Below, piece by piece: positions 7,236 to 15,408 of a stretch of DNA of 21,353 bases. This DNA is from a virus. The stretch's first letter is position 1, and each line of letters opens with the position of its first letter. A model generated the notes under the pieces. It was given only the letters and a program-made list of their open reading frames with translations, had not been told where the DNA came from and made no database searches. The stretch is from UHGV virus genome UHGV-0143643. One strand, given 5' to 3'. The position numbers and the translations under genes were made by a program.

Positions 7236-7868
7236 ATGAAACCAACGTCGGTGATCATTATGGATACTCATCCTATCATCAGAATGTCTATTGAAGTTCT
7301 GTTGCAAAAAAACAGTGAATTGCAGATTGTCCTGAAAACGGATGATTACCGCATAACCATCGATTATCTCCGAACCCGTCCTGTTGATTTAATCATTATG
7401 GATATAGACTTGCCCGGAACAGACGGTTTTACCTTCCTGAAAAGGATCAAACAAATCCAGAGCACAGTGAAAGTATTATTTTTATCATCGAAATCAGAAT
7501 GCTTTTATGCTGGCAGAGCGATACAAGCTGGTGCTAACGGTTTTGTCAGTAAATGCAATGATCAGAATGATATTTTTCATGCCGTTCAGATGATCCTCTC
7601 CGGATACACTTTTTTTCCCAGCGAAACGCTCAACTATATAAAAAGCAATAAATGTAGTACGAATAGTTCAACGATCACTGTGCTATCTAATCGTGAAGTG
7701 ACGATATTACGTTATCTGGTCAGCGGATTATCTAATAAAGAAATTGCCGATAAGTTATTACTTAGCAATAAAACAGTTAGCGCGCATAAATCTAATATTT
7801 ATGGCAAGCTAGGTTTGCATTCAATTGTAGAGCTCATCGACTACGCCAAATTATATGAATTAATATAA
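7236..7868 (+). CDS. fimZ: LuxR/NarL-family response regulator FimZ (210 aa)
   Basis: Receiver domain with DLIIMDIDLPGTDG; C-terminal LuxR HTH (LSNREVTILRYLVSGLSNKEIADKL); recognised as FimZ. Start set at MKPTSVIIMD; the ORF track begins 63 nt upstream. Confidence 0.95.
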   Translation: MKPTSVIIMDTHPIIRMSIEVLLQKNSELQIVLKTDDYRITIDYLRTRPVDLIIMDIDLPGTDGFTFLKRIKQIQSTVKVLFLSSKSECFYAGRAIQAGANGFVSKCNDQNDIFHAVQMILSGYTFFPSETLNYIKSNKCSTNSSTITVLSNREVTILRYLVSGLSNKEIADKLLLSNKTVSAHKSNIYGKLGLHSIVELIDYAKLYELI

Positions 7869-7870
7869 TA

Positions 7871-8386
7871 TTAATTATAATTGATCATAAATATCGCATC
7901 CGCTTTCGCCACACCTGGCCGAACACCGCTGGCTAACGCTCGATAATTGGCAAAAAAGTTTAGTGTGACATTGCCATTTGCATCAACTTCCTCAGTCGGG
8001 CTCGCCTCCCCCAGTGCGAGCCGGGAGCGATCGCTATTACGTAATTCGATGGCGACGGTTTGTGCCATTGCGGGATCATCCAGAGCCAGCAGGTTGGCAT
8101 CAGATGCCGGCGTTCCCGTAAATAAAATCGCAACTGAACCCGGAGGACATCCCTCCAGCCGCAGGCTAAAAGGGACGAGTGCCGTGGTATCGCCAGCGTT
8201 CAGTAGTTGTGTCGTAGGCCATCTGCCTAAATCTACCGTCTTATCAATATCCGCTGTGTTTACGGTACAGGAGAAATCAACAACGTTACCGTGCAAATTG
8301 ATATTAATCGTTCCTAAAGGGTCAGCTGCCCATCCACTGGAACTCCACAGTAACCCGCAGAAACAGCTAAAGAATACTCTTCTCAT
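7871..8386 (-). CDS. sfmF: Minor fimbrial subunit SfmF (171 aa)
   Basis: Signal peptide MRRVFFSCFCGLLWSSSGWA; fimbrial C-terminus ...AIFMINYN; convergent with fimZ. The longer ORF to 8581 overlaps the sfmH 3' part and was trimmed. Confidence 0.9.
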   Translation of the reverse strand: MRRVFFSCFCGLLWSSSGWAADPLGTININLHGNVVDFSCTVNTADIDKTVDLGRWPTTQLLNAGDTTALVPFSLRLEGCPPGSVAILFTGTPASDANLLALDDPAMAQTVAIELRNSDRSRLALGEASPTEEVDANGNVTLNFFANYRALASGVRPGVAKADAIFMINYN

Positions 8387-8396
8387 TCTCCGTACC

Positions 8397-8711
8397 TCAT
8401 TGATAATCGACGCGTAAATACCCCAGCGCGCTAAACGGCGCTTCGGTCGGTTTTTGACCGGTAATACTGATAGGCCAGGCGCGAAGTGTGACATTGGCTG
8501 CCGCAGCTGCATCCAGACGGAAAGGAATAACGCTATTGAGATCGTTAGGCGTGATCGGCGTATCGTTCTGATCGGCGACAATAAAACCTAAATCCTGATT
8601 GTCCGACACCATCGCCTGACCAGAAACGGCACTGGCTTCCAGACGCATTGTTAAATAAGCCTGCGCAGCAACATTCGTACATTTGACCGCAATGCTCTTG
8701 GTTTGCGGCAT
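8397..8711 (-). CDS. sfmH: Fimbrial adhesin SfmH-like, C-terminal pilin-domain portion, detached from the 5' portion at 50..742
   Basis: KSIAVKCTNVAAQAYL resembles FimH LTVYCAKSQNLGYYL; ends with the fimbrial-type terminal strand ...GYLRVDYQ; sits directly upstream of sfmF as in the sfm operon. Confidence 0.75.
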   Translation of the reverse strand: MPQTKSIAVKCTNVAAQAYLTMRLEASAVSGQAMVSDNQDLGFIVADQNDTPITPNDLNSVIPFRLDAAAAANVTLRAWPISITGQKPTEAPFSALGYLRVDYQ

Positions 8712-8873
8712 GAGAGGCTGGAGCAGATTCCATCTATCGAGCTTGCAGAACGTTTAGCCAATTTTTTTAAGGGTGAAGTCAGCGAAATGCAGATTCTTTA
8801 TCCGGCACGTTTTCAATCTAGCCAAAACCAGAATGGGTTTAAACCACAGGAACAGGAGGTGAACCGTGGGTAA
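8712..8873 (+). CDS. Cro-like HTH protein, 3' portion (53 codons); joined to minus-strand 841..743 it gives an 86-aa XRE-family protein
   Basis: The frame from 8712 reads ERLEQIPSIELAERLANFFKGEVSEM..., which continues the HTH begun on the minus strand (...ATLSRI + ERLEQIPSIELAERLA); its stop overlaps the next gene's start. Confidence 0.5.
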   Translation, partial: ERLEQIPSIELAERLANFFKGEVSEMQILYPARFQSSQNQNGFKPQEQEVNRG

Positions 8874-9417
8874 GCATCACTGGAAAGTAGAAAAACAGCC
8901 TGAGTGGTACGTGAAAGCTGTCAGAAAAACTATCGCAGCGTTGCCGGGGGGGTACGCTGAAGCTGCTGACTGGCTGGATGTAACAGAGAACGCATTATTT
9001 AACCGCCTTCGTGCCGATGGCGATCAGATTTTCCCGCTGGGATGGGCAATGATTTTGCAACGTGCTGGTGGAACTCACTTCATTGCTGACGCTGTGGCGC
9101 AGTCTGCAAATGGCGTCTTTGTGTCTCTTCCTGATGTCGAGGATGTGGACAACGCCGATATCAACCAACGCCTGCTGGAAGTCATTGAACAGATCGGCAG
9201 TTATTCAAAACAGATTCGTTCAGCAATTGAAGACGGTGTAGTGGAACCGCATGAGAAGACAGCAATTAACGATGAGCTGTACCTCTCAATTTCGAAGCTG
9301 CAGGAGCATGCAGCACTGGTCTACAAAATCTTTTGCGTTTCAGAAAGTAGTGACGCCCGCGAGTGTGCAGCTCCGGGCGCCTTGGCGTGTCGTGACTGTG
9401 GAGAAACTAACGCATGA
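8866..9417 (+). CDS. Phage early regulatory protein in the cII position (CII/YdaT-like; Cys-rich C-terminus); GTG start
   Basis: AGGAGG RBS 8 nt upstream of GTG 8866; first gene of the rightward early operon. Family assignment is tentative. Confidence 0.75.
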   Translation: MGKHHWKVEKQPEWYVKAVRKTIAALPGGYAEAADWLDVTENALFNRLRADGDQIFPLGWAMILQRAGGTHFIADAVAQSANGVFVSLPDVEDVDNADINQRLLEVIEQIGSYSKQIRSAIEDGVVEPHEKTAINDELYLSISKLQEHAALVYKIFCVSESSDARECAAPGALACRDCGETNA

Positions 9418-9752
9418 ACAGTTTAACAACACACTACCGTCGCTCGCAACTGATTGCGCTTCCTGTACCGGGTGGAAAAGCGAAGGTGGAGTATTGCTAT
9501 GCAGTAAATGTACCAGGTGACAGGGAAATTGTAACCCACAGCTTTGCAGAGTGGGCTGTGGGTGATTTCAACCGGCAGAAGGAGACAGTCCTTTGCGACA
9601 AGTTAACCGCTGGTTCAAAGATCACTACGGAGTGCCCGTCAGAGTCATTCGTTGGGAGCCGGAAACACAACGTGTTATCTACCTCCGCGAAGGCTATGAG
9701 CATGAGTGCTTCAGCCCGCTCGAACAGTTTCGTCGTAAATTCAGGGAAATAG
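9414..9752 (+). CDS. Hypothetical phage protein; the C-terminal half is low-complexity and may reflect a frameshift
   Basis: ATGA overlap with the upstream stop (translational coupling); the second half is Ser/Ala-rich while an alternative frame looks more protein-like. Confidence 0.45.
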   Translation: MNSLTTHYRRSQLIALPVPGGKAKVEYCYAVNVPGDREIVTHSFAEWAVGDFNRQKETVLCDKLTAGSKITTECPSESFVGSRKHNVLSTSAKAMSMSASARSNSFVVNSGK

Positions 9753-9772
9753 AGGTCGGTCATGAGCACTAA
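9593..9772 (+). CDS. Alternative-frame ORF (TTG start, AAGGAG RBS) overlapping the 3' half of 9414..9752: either a separate small gene or the true C-terminus of a frameshifted upstream gene
   Basis: AAGGAG at 9579-9584, TTG at 9593; translation ...[58 protein letters not shown] is compositionally normal. Confidence 0.35.
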   Translation: MRQVNRWFKDHYGVPVRVIRWEPETQRVIYLREGYEHECFSPLEQFRRKFREIEVGHEH

Positions 9773-10703
9773 ATTAACCGGCTATGTATGGGATGGTTGC
9801 GCTGCATCAGGCATGAAATTATCCAGCGTGGCAATTATGGCCCGCCTGGCTGATTTCAGTAATGACGAAGGTGTGTGCTGGCCATCAATTGAAACCATTG
9901 CCCGCCAGATTGGCGCGGGGATGAGTACCGTCAGAACGGCTATCGCACGGCTGGAAGCAGAAGGCTGGTTAACGCGTAGGGCGCGTCGCCAGGGTAACCG
10001 CAATGCGTCGAATGTTTATCAGCTTAACGTTGCGAAGCTTCAGGCAGCGGCATTTTCTCAACTGTCAGATTCTGACCCGTCAAAATCTGACGCATCAAAA
10101 TCTGACCCGTCAAAATTTGATGCGTCGAAATCTGGCAAAAAAGCGGGTTTTCACCCGTCAGAATCTGGTGGGGATCCGTCAGTAAAATCAAAACATGATC
10201 CGTCAGATAAAAAAACTTCTCGTCCGGACGCTTCGCAACCGGACACGCAGACGGCTGAACAGGATTTTTTAACTCGCCATCCTGATGCGGTTGTATTCAG
10301 CCCTAAAAAGCGCCAGTGGGGGACGCAGGATGATTTGACCTGCGCACAGTGGCTCTGGAAAAAAATCATCGCCCTGTACGAGCATGCCGCCGAATGTGAC
10401 GGCGAGGTGGTTCGTCCCAAAGAACCGAACTGGACAGCCTGGGCAAACGAAATTCGCCTGATGTGTGTGCAGGATGGTCGTACTCATAAACAAATCTGCG
10501 AGATGTACAGCCGCGTCAGTCGCGATCCGTTCTGGTGCCGTAACGTGCTCAGCCCGTCGAAGCTGCGGGAAAAATGGGATGAGCTTTCCCTGCGCTTATC
10601 GCCGTCCGTCAGCACGTACACCGAAAAACGCGAAGACCCGTACTTCAAAGCCAGTTACGACAACGTGGACTACAGCCAGATCCCGGCAGGATTCAGGGGG
10701 TGA
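9762..10703 (+). CDS. Phage replication initiation protein (O-like; N-terminal winged-HTH) with the iteron array embedded in its coding sequence
   Basis: N-terminal HTH (PSIETIARQIGAGMSTVRTAIARLEAEGWL); internal SDPSK/SDASK peptide repeats encoded by DNA iterons. Confidence 0.85.
   Translation: MSTKLTGYVWDGCAASGMKLSSVAIMARLADFSNDEGVCWPSIETIARQIGAGMSTVRTAIARLEAEGWLTRRARRQGNRNASNVYQLNVAKLQAAAFSQLSDSDPSKSDASKSDPSKFDASKSGKKAGFHPSESGGDPSVKSKHDPSDKKTSRPDASQPDTQTAEQDFLTRHPDAVVFSPKKRQWGTQDDLTCAQWLWKKIIALYEHAAECDGEVVRPKEPNWTAWANEIRLMCVQDGRTHKQICEMYSRVSRDPFWCRNVLSPSKLREKWDELSLRLSPSVSTYTEKREDPYFKASYDNVDYSQIPAGFRG
10071..10210. repeat. Iteron array (about six 15-bp repeats, TCTGACCCGTCAAAA family) followed by an A-rich tract; putative phage replication origin inside the O-like gene
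   Basis: Tandem copies at 10071, 10086, 10101 and 10116 with degenerate copies to about 10205, then an A-run at 10206-10212; same architecture as the lambda origin within gene O. Confidence 0.6.
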
Positions 10704-10705
10704 TC

Positions 10706-11194
10706 ATGAGTCTTTTGAATGACGTTCAGAAATTCATTGAAGCCCATCCGGGGTGTACTTCCGGAGACATTGCGGATGCTTTTGCAGGTTACTCACGACA
10801 GCGCGTTCTGCAGTCAGCAAGCAAGTTACGTCAGAGTGGGCGTGTGGCTCACCGTTGTGAAGGGGATACACGCAGACATTTCCCGCGGCTGACTGAGATA
10901 CCGCAGGAGCCGGAACCGCAACCAGTTCGTGAATCCAGACCTGTGCGCAATTTCTATGTCGGCACTAACGATCCCCGGGTGATTTTGTGCCTGACCCGCC
11001 AGGCGGAAGAACTGGAGTCCAGGGGCTTATACCGTCGTGCTGCAACGGTGTGGATGGCGGCATTCCGTGAAAGCCACTCCCAGCAAGAGCGAAACAATTT
11101 TCTTGCGCGTCGTGAGCGGTGTTTACGGAAAAGCAGCAAGCGCGCTGTATCGGGTGAAGAGTGGTATCTGTCAGGGAATTACGTGGGGGCTTAA
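10706..11194 (+). CDS. Transcriptional regulator with a PerC-like C-terminal motif (162 aa)
   Basis: AEELESRGLYRRAATVWMAAFRESHSQQERNNFLARRERCL resembles the PerC/Pch family signature as recalled; N-terminal half is wHTH-like. Confidence 0.65.
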   Translation: MSLLNDVQKFIEAHPGCTSGDIADAFAGYSRQRVLQSASKLRQSGRVAHRCEGDTRRHFPRLTEIPQEPEPQPVRESRPVRNFYVGTNDPRVILCLTRQAEELESRGLYRRAATVWMAAFRESHSQQERNNFLARRERCLRKSSKRAVSGEEWYLSGNYVGA

Positions 11195-11520
11195 TGACGA
11201 CGTTAACTCAATGCCAGCAGCAGGTGCTGGATATGCTGATTTCTTACCAGAAAGAACGTGGCTTCCCGCCAACCAATCAGGAGGTGGCTACCATGCTGGG
11301 ATACCGTTCAGTGAATGCAGCGGTGGAGCATCTTCGCGCACTGGAGAAAAAAGGCGTCATCACGATAAAGCGTGGCGTGGCCCGGGGCATCACGCTTCAT
11401 ACCGCGGTGAAGGACGACGACAGCGAGGTGGCCGGGATTATCCGCGCACTGCTTGCTGGTGAGGAAAACGCCAGGCTGCGTGCAGCCCACTGGTTACATG
11501 AGAGGGGGCTGAAAGTATGA
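11194..11520 (+). CDS. LexA N-terminal DNA-binding-domain homologue lacking the S24 peptidase domain (108 aa)
   Basis: Aligns by eye with the LexA DBD: LTQCQQQVLDML...GFPPTNQEVATMLGYRSVNAAVEHLRALEKKGVI against LexA LTARQQEVFDLI...[34 protein letters not shown]. TAATG coupling to the upstream gene. Confidence 0.8.
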   Translation: MTTLTQCQQQVLDMLISYQKERGFPPTNQEVATMLGYRSVNAAVEHLRALEKKGVITIKRGVARGITLHTAVKDDDSEVAGIIRALLAGEENARLRAAHWLHERGLKV

Positions 11521-11906
11521 AGCTGATTCTGCCTTTTCCACCCAGCGTGAACACCTACTGGCGACACCCCAACAAAGGGGCATTTGCTGGTAAGAGCCTG
11601 ATAAGCGCGGCGGGGCGAAAATTCCAGAGTGCGGCGTGCACAGCAATAGTTGAGCAGTTACGTCGTCTGCCGAAACCAACGTCGGCACCTGCTTCAGTGG
11701 AGATCGTGTTGTTTCCTCCGGATAACCGGATCCGCGATCTGGACAACTATAACAAGGCGCTGTTTGACGCCCTGACCCACGCGGGTGTGTGGGAAGACGA
11801 CAGCCAGGTGAAAAGAATGCTGGTGGAGTGGGGACCGGTTATCCCGGAAGGGAAGGTCGAGATCACTATCAGTAAGTACGAGAAAACGGCGGGTGCAGCC
11901 GCCTGA
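11517..11906 (+). CDS. RusA-family Holliday-junction resolvase (129 aa)
   Basis: Motif DNRIRDLDNYNKALFDALTHAGVWEDD matches RusA RRDLDN...AAFDALTKAGFWLDD; ATGA start overlap. Confidence 0.9.
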   Translation: MKLILPFPPSVNTYWRHPNKGAFAGKSLISAAGRKFQSAACTAIVEQLRRLPKPTSAPASVEIVLFPPDNRIRDLDNYNKALFDALTHAGVWEDDSQVKRMLVEWGPVIPEGKVEITISKYEKTAGAAA

Positions 11907-11925
11907 TCAAGAGGAGAAACGAAGT

Positions 11926-12723
11926 ATGAATAATCTGATGGTCATTGATGGTATTGAAGTTCGTCGTGATGCTTATGGGCGTTACAGCCTGAACGATCTG
12001 CACAGGGCTGCCGGTTCTCTGGATAAGCATAAGCCTGCATTCTGGCTCCGCAATGAGCAAACTGAACGTTTAATAAGCGAGTTGCAGATTTGCAACTCGG
12101 TCAATATAGAGCCAGTTAACGTTATTCGTGGCGGAAATAACCAGGGGACGTATGTCTGCAAAGAACTGGTGTATGCCTATGCAATGTGGATCAGCCCGTC
12201 ATTCCATCTGAAGGTGATCCGTACTTTCGATATGGTAACCAGCGCATCGGAAAAATTATCCGGGCAGGCTGCTGACAAGATGCAGGCTGGCGTGATTCTG
12301 CTGGACTTTATGCGCCGGGAGTTAAACCTGTCTAACTCTTCAGTGCTTGGTGCCTGTCAGAAACTCCAGGAGGCTGTTGGCTTACCGAATCTGGCACCGC
12401 GCTATGCCATTGATGCTCCTGCTGACGCGCCTGATGGCTCAAGCCGTCCCACGCTGTCACTGAGTGCACTGCTGAAGCAGTATGGTATCCGCCTGACAGC
12501 TAACCAGGCATATCACCAGATGGTGAAGCTGGGGATCGTCGAGCAGCGCGAACGATACAGCCGTACCGCGATTAACAACATCAAAAAATTCTGGTCGCTG
12601 ACAGCGAAAGGCTGCATGTTCGGCAAGAACATCACCAGTCCTGCAAATCCGCGCGAGACGCAGCCGCATTTCTTCGAATCCCGATTCCCTGAGCTGTTAA
12701 AGCTGCTCGATACCGTTCATTGA
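11926..12723 (+). CDS. KilA-N domain protein (antirepressor-like)
   Basis: Start MNNLMVIDG with GAGGAG RBS (the ORF track starts 33 nt earlier); N-terminal KilA-N-type region (YVCKELVYAYAMWISPSFHLKVIRTF). Confidence 0.8.
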   Translation: MNNLMVIDGIEVRRDAYGRYSLNDLHRAAGSLDKHKPAFWLRNEQTERLISELQICNSVNIEPVNVIRGGNNQGTYVCKELVYAYAMWISPSFHLKVIRTFDMVTSASEKLSGQAADKMQAGVILLDFMRRELNLSNSSVLGACQKLQEAVGLPNLAPRYAIDAPADAPDGSSRPTLSLSALLKQYGIRLTANQAYHQMVKLGIVEQRERYSRTAINNIKKFWSLTAKGCMFGKNITSPANPRETQPHFFESRFPELLKLLDTVH

Positions 12724-12724
12724 G

Positions 12725-13720
12725 GTGACCGTGAGAGCACTACTGACCCCTGAAATTGCCCCGCGTATGGGGATCGTATTGTTCAGGCCCGGTTCAGAGC
12801 TGATGCCCCTGTTTATGCAGGGGCGTGTACTGCTGGAGCCTGAGCCGGAGCATTATTCATCTTTCGCCAGTGGTGCCGTTCCCGCGGCATCACAACCGCT
12901 GGCGGATGATCCTGCCGTTCGGGCCGTGTTCCGTAATGAGGCAGTGATTCGTCGTGCTGGTGGGGTGGAATGTCTTGAAAGCTGGTTACTTCGTGAAAAA
13001 GGCTGCCAGTGGCCTCATTCCGACTGGCACAGCGAGAACATGACCACAATGCGACACGCGCCGGGCGCAATCCGTCTGTGCTGGCACTGCGATAATCAGT
13101 TACGTGATCAGTTCACGGAGCGGCTGGAATCAATGGCAACGGATAACTGTGCCCATTGGGTGTTGTCTGTAGTCCGTCGGGATCTCGATTTTAATGATAA
13201 CCATGCCGTGACAATGCCGGAACTGTGCTGGTGGCTGGTTCGTAATGACCTGGCGGATGCCTTACCGGAAAGCGCAGCCCGTAAGGCACTGAGATTACCG
13301 AAGTCTGTTTTGCCGTCTGTCACCCGGGAAAGTGACCTTGTGCCTTCGGTTCCTGCCACCAGCATTATCCAGGATAAAGCGAAAAAGGTGCTGGCGCTGA
13401 AAGTGGATCCGGAGTCGCCGGAGTCTTTTATGTTACGCCCCAAACGTCGTCGCTGGGTTAATGAACAGTACACGCGCTGGGTTAAGACGCAGCCGTGTGC
13501 ATGTTGTGGAAAGCCAGCTGATGATCCGCATCATCTGATAGGCCATGGTCAGGGTGGAATGGGTACAAAAGCGCATGACCTTTTTGTGCTGCCTTTGTGC
13601 AGAAAACACCACGACGAACTGCATGCGGATACCGTGGCATTTGAAGAGAAGTATGGCTCCCAGCTGGAGCTGATATTTCGTTTTATCGATCGCGCACTGG
13701 CGATTGGTGTGCTGGCCTAA
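12725..13720 (+). CDS. DUF968-type phage protein with a C-terminal HNH-like Cys/His motif (YdfU-like); GTG start
   Basis: C-terminal [43 protein letters not shown]; typical nin-region gene. Confidence 0.8.
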   Translation: MTVRALLTPEIAPRMGIVLFRPGSELMPLFMQGRVLLEPEPEHYSSFASGAVPAASQPLADDPAVRAVFRNEAVIRRAGGVECLESWLLREKGCQWPHSDWHSENMTTMRHAPGAIRLCWHCDNQLRDQFTERLESMATDNCAHWVLSVVRRDLDFNDNHAVTMPELCWWLVRNDLADALPESAARKALRLPKSVLPSVTRESDLVPSVPATSIIQDKAKKVLALKVDPESPESFMLRPKRRRWVNEQYTRWVKTQPCACCGKPADDPHHLIGHGQGGMGTKAHDLFVLPLCRKHHDELHADTVAFEEKYGSQLELIFRFIDRALAIGVLA

Positions 13721-13737
13721 TTTTGTGGAGAAAGTTA

Positions 13738-14121
13738 ATGCGTGATATTCAGATGGTTCTTGAACGTTGGGGAGCGTGGGCGGCTAATAATCATGAAGAT
13801 GTGACCTGGTCGTCCATTGCCGCCGGTTTTAAGGGATTAATTCCTTCAAAAGTAAAATCTCGCCCGCAATGTTGTGACGATGACGCGATGATCATTTGCG
13901 GGTGCATGGCCCGTCTGAAAAAGAACAACAGCGATTTGCACGATTTATTAGTAGATTATTATGTAGTCGGTATGACATTCATGTCACTGGCAGGTAAGCA
14001 TTGCTGCTCTGATGGTTATATCGGGAAAAGGTTACAGAAGGCTGAGGGCATAATTGAAGGGATGTTAATGGCATTAGATATCCGGTTAGAGATGGATATC
14101 GTTGTTAATAACTCTAATTAA
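13738..14121 (+). CDS. quuD: Late-gene antiterminator Q (phage 82 / DLP12 QuuD type, 127 aa)
   Basis: [36 protein letters not shown]... recognised as QuuD-like; GGAGA RBS 6 nt upstream of ATG 13738 (the ORF track starts at TTG 13723). Confidence 0.9.
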   Translation: MRDIQMVLERWGAWAANNHEDVTWSSIAAGFKGLIPSKVKSRPQCCDDDAMIICGCMARLKKNNSDLHDLLVDYYVVGMTFMSLAGKHCCSDGYIGKRLQKAEGIIEGMLMALDIRLEMDIVVNNSN

Positions 14122-14140
14122 TATGCCAATTGTTTACTGA

Positions 14141-14310
14141 AAGTTATTAAAAATGGGGCGTTGCAACGCCCCCAAAAATAAAGGGTAATATATAACAGAA
14201 GGTTTATATAGTTAGAAGCAAGGTTGTGCTCCTAAAGGAAGTGGCTTGAGGGAGCCACTTATATGTTGGGGAGGCAACGCCTCCCGCAACATATCTTTTT
14301 CGTAATCAGA
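14141..14310 (-). ncRNA. ipeX: Candidate IpeX-like sRNA region in the nmpC 3' flank, ending in the minus-strand terminator at 14141..14173
   Basis: Minus-strand hairpin GGGGGCGTTGCAACGCCCC followed by ATTTTT, plus two further hairpins at 14240-14285; recalled that DLP12 encodes the IpeX sRNA next to nmpC. Boundaries not determined. Confidence 0.3.
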
Positions 14311-15408
14311 TTAGAACTGGTAAACCAGACCTACAGCAACGATGTCATCAGTGCTTACACCGAGTGCTTTAGTGAAGTCATTTTTGTCAAGCAGGTTGAT
14401 TTTGTAATCAACGAAAGTAGACATATTTTTGTTGAAGTAATAGGTTGCACCTACATCAACATATTTGACTAAGTCCTGATCGCCCCATACTCCAAGATCC
14501 TTACCTTTAGATTGCAGGTAAGCAACGGACGGACGCAGACCGAAATCGAACTGATATTGTGCAACAGCTTCGAAGTTTTGAGCTTTATTAGCAACGAAGT
14601 GATCAGCAAATACAGTCATATTCTGGGTTTCAGAATAGGTAGTGGCCAGGTAAATGTTGTTAGCGTCATATTTCAGACCTGCGGCCCAAACTTCTGCATT
14701 TTTACCGGAAGCAAATACTTCAGGAAGAACTTTCCCTGCATTAACTTGAGTGTCGGTACGATCAGATTTCGCATAAGTTGCACCGATACCGAATCCTTCG
14801 TATTCATAGGTAGCAGAGAAACCGAAGCCATCACCGTTACCTTCGGTGTAGTTATCGAAATCGCTACGATCGTTTTTGCCTTGGTACTGAGCAGCAAAGT
14901 TCAGACCATCAACCAGACCAAAGAAGTCGTTGTTACGATAGGTTGCAACACCAGTGGTGCGACCAGTCATGAACACATCTGTTTGGGTCCAGGTATCGCC
15001 ACCGAATTCTGGCAGAACGTCAGTCCACGCACCGATGTCGTATGCTACACCGTAGTTACGGCCGTAATCGATTGAGCCGTAGTCACCGAATTTCAGGCCT
15101 GCAAATGCAAGACGGGTTTTGTCTTTGGAGGAACCTTGAGATTCAGCGCGGTTGCCTTTGAATTCATATTCCCACTGACCGAAACCAGTCAGCTGATCGT
15201 TGATTTGGGTTTCGCCTTTGAAGCCCAGACGAACATAAGTAGTATCACCATCATCTGCATCGTTAGAGGAAAAGTAGTGCTTGGCATTAACTTTCCCGTA
15301 CAGATCCAGCTTGTTACTGTCTTTATTATAAATTTCAGCTGCCTGAGCAGACATCGCCATCAGTACTGATGCAGCTACAGCAGAAATTGCCACTGTTAAT
15401 TTTTTCAT
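14311..15408 (-). CDS. nmpC: Outer-membrane general porin NmpC (OmpC/OmpF family), intact 365-aa precursor
   Basis: Signal peptide [23 protein letters not shown]; porin hallmarks including C-terminal ...VAVGLVYQF; sits between Q and the holin, opposite strand. Confidence 0.95.
   Translation of the reverse strand: MKKLTVAISAVAASVLMAMSAQAAEIYNKDSNKLDLYGKVNAKHYFSSNDADDGDTTYVRLGFKGETQINDQLTGFGQWEYEFKGNRAESQGSSKDKTRLAFAGLKFGDYGSIDYGRNYGVAYDIGAWTDVLPEFGGDTWTQTDVFMTGRTTGVATYRNNDFFGLVDGLNFAAQYQGKNDRSDFDNYTEGNGDGFGFSATYEYEGFGIGATYAKSDRTDTQVNAGKVLPEVFASGKNAEVWAAGLKYDANNIYLATTYSETQNMTVFADHFVANKAQNFEAVAQYQFDFGLRPSVAYLQSKGKDLGVWGDQDLVKYVDVGATYYFNKNMSTFVDYKINLLDKNDFTKALGVSTDDIVAVGLVYQF

Noticed and set aside
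7947-8417. Plus-strand ORF 7947..8417 (156 aa), plus minus-strand ORFs 7026..7307 and 8545..8733
   Set aside because: Antisense to sfmF or sfmH, or lying across the tRNA flank; Ser/Ala/Arg-rich, no RBS, no domain resemblance.
10071-10210. Tandem 15-bp repeats considered as a CRISPR array
   Set aside because: Repeats are contiguous without spacers, degenerate, in frame within a coding sequence and only 15 bp; they are origin iterons, not CRISPR.
9497-10493. Minus-strand and alternate-frame ORFs over the replication initiator region (9497..9769, 9782..10003, 10003..10185, 10151..10420, 10269..10493)
   Set aside because: Overlap well-supported plus-strand genes; the repeat-derived one (10003..10185) merely translates the iterons in another frame.
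11037-11462. ORF 11037..11462 (141 aa) and minus-strand ORFs 10954..11139, 11308..11490, 11494..11688, 11555..11746
   Set aside because: Alternate frames or antisense of the PerC-like, LexA-DBD and RusA genes, which have coupled start/stop overlaps and recognisable motifs.
14122-14310. A Q-dependent late promoter (pR') and qut site immediately downstream of Q
   Set aside because: Only weak -35/-10 candidates were seen by eye (for example TTGCAA-N18-GTAATA); not confident enough to annotate without alignment to phage 82 or 21 late promoters.
14512-15369. Plus-strand ORFs 14512..15075 and 15136..15369 and minus-strand 14673..14897 inside nmpC
   Set aside because: Antisense or alternate frame of the porin gene.
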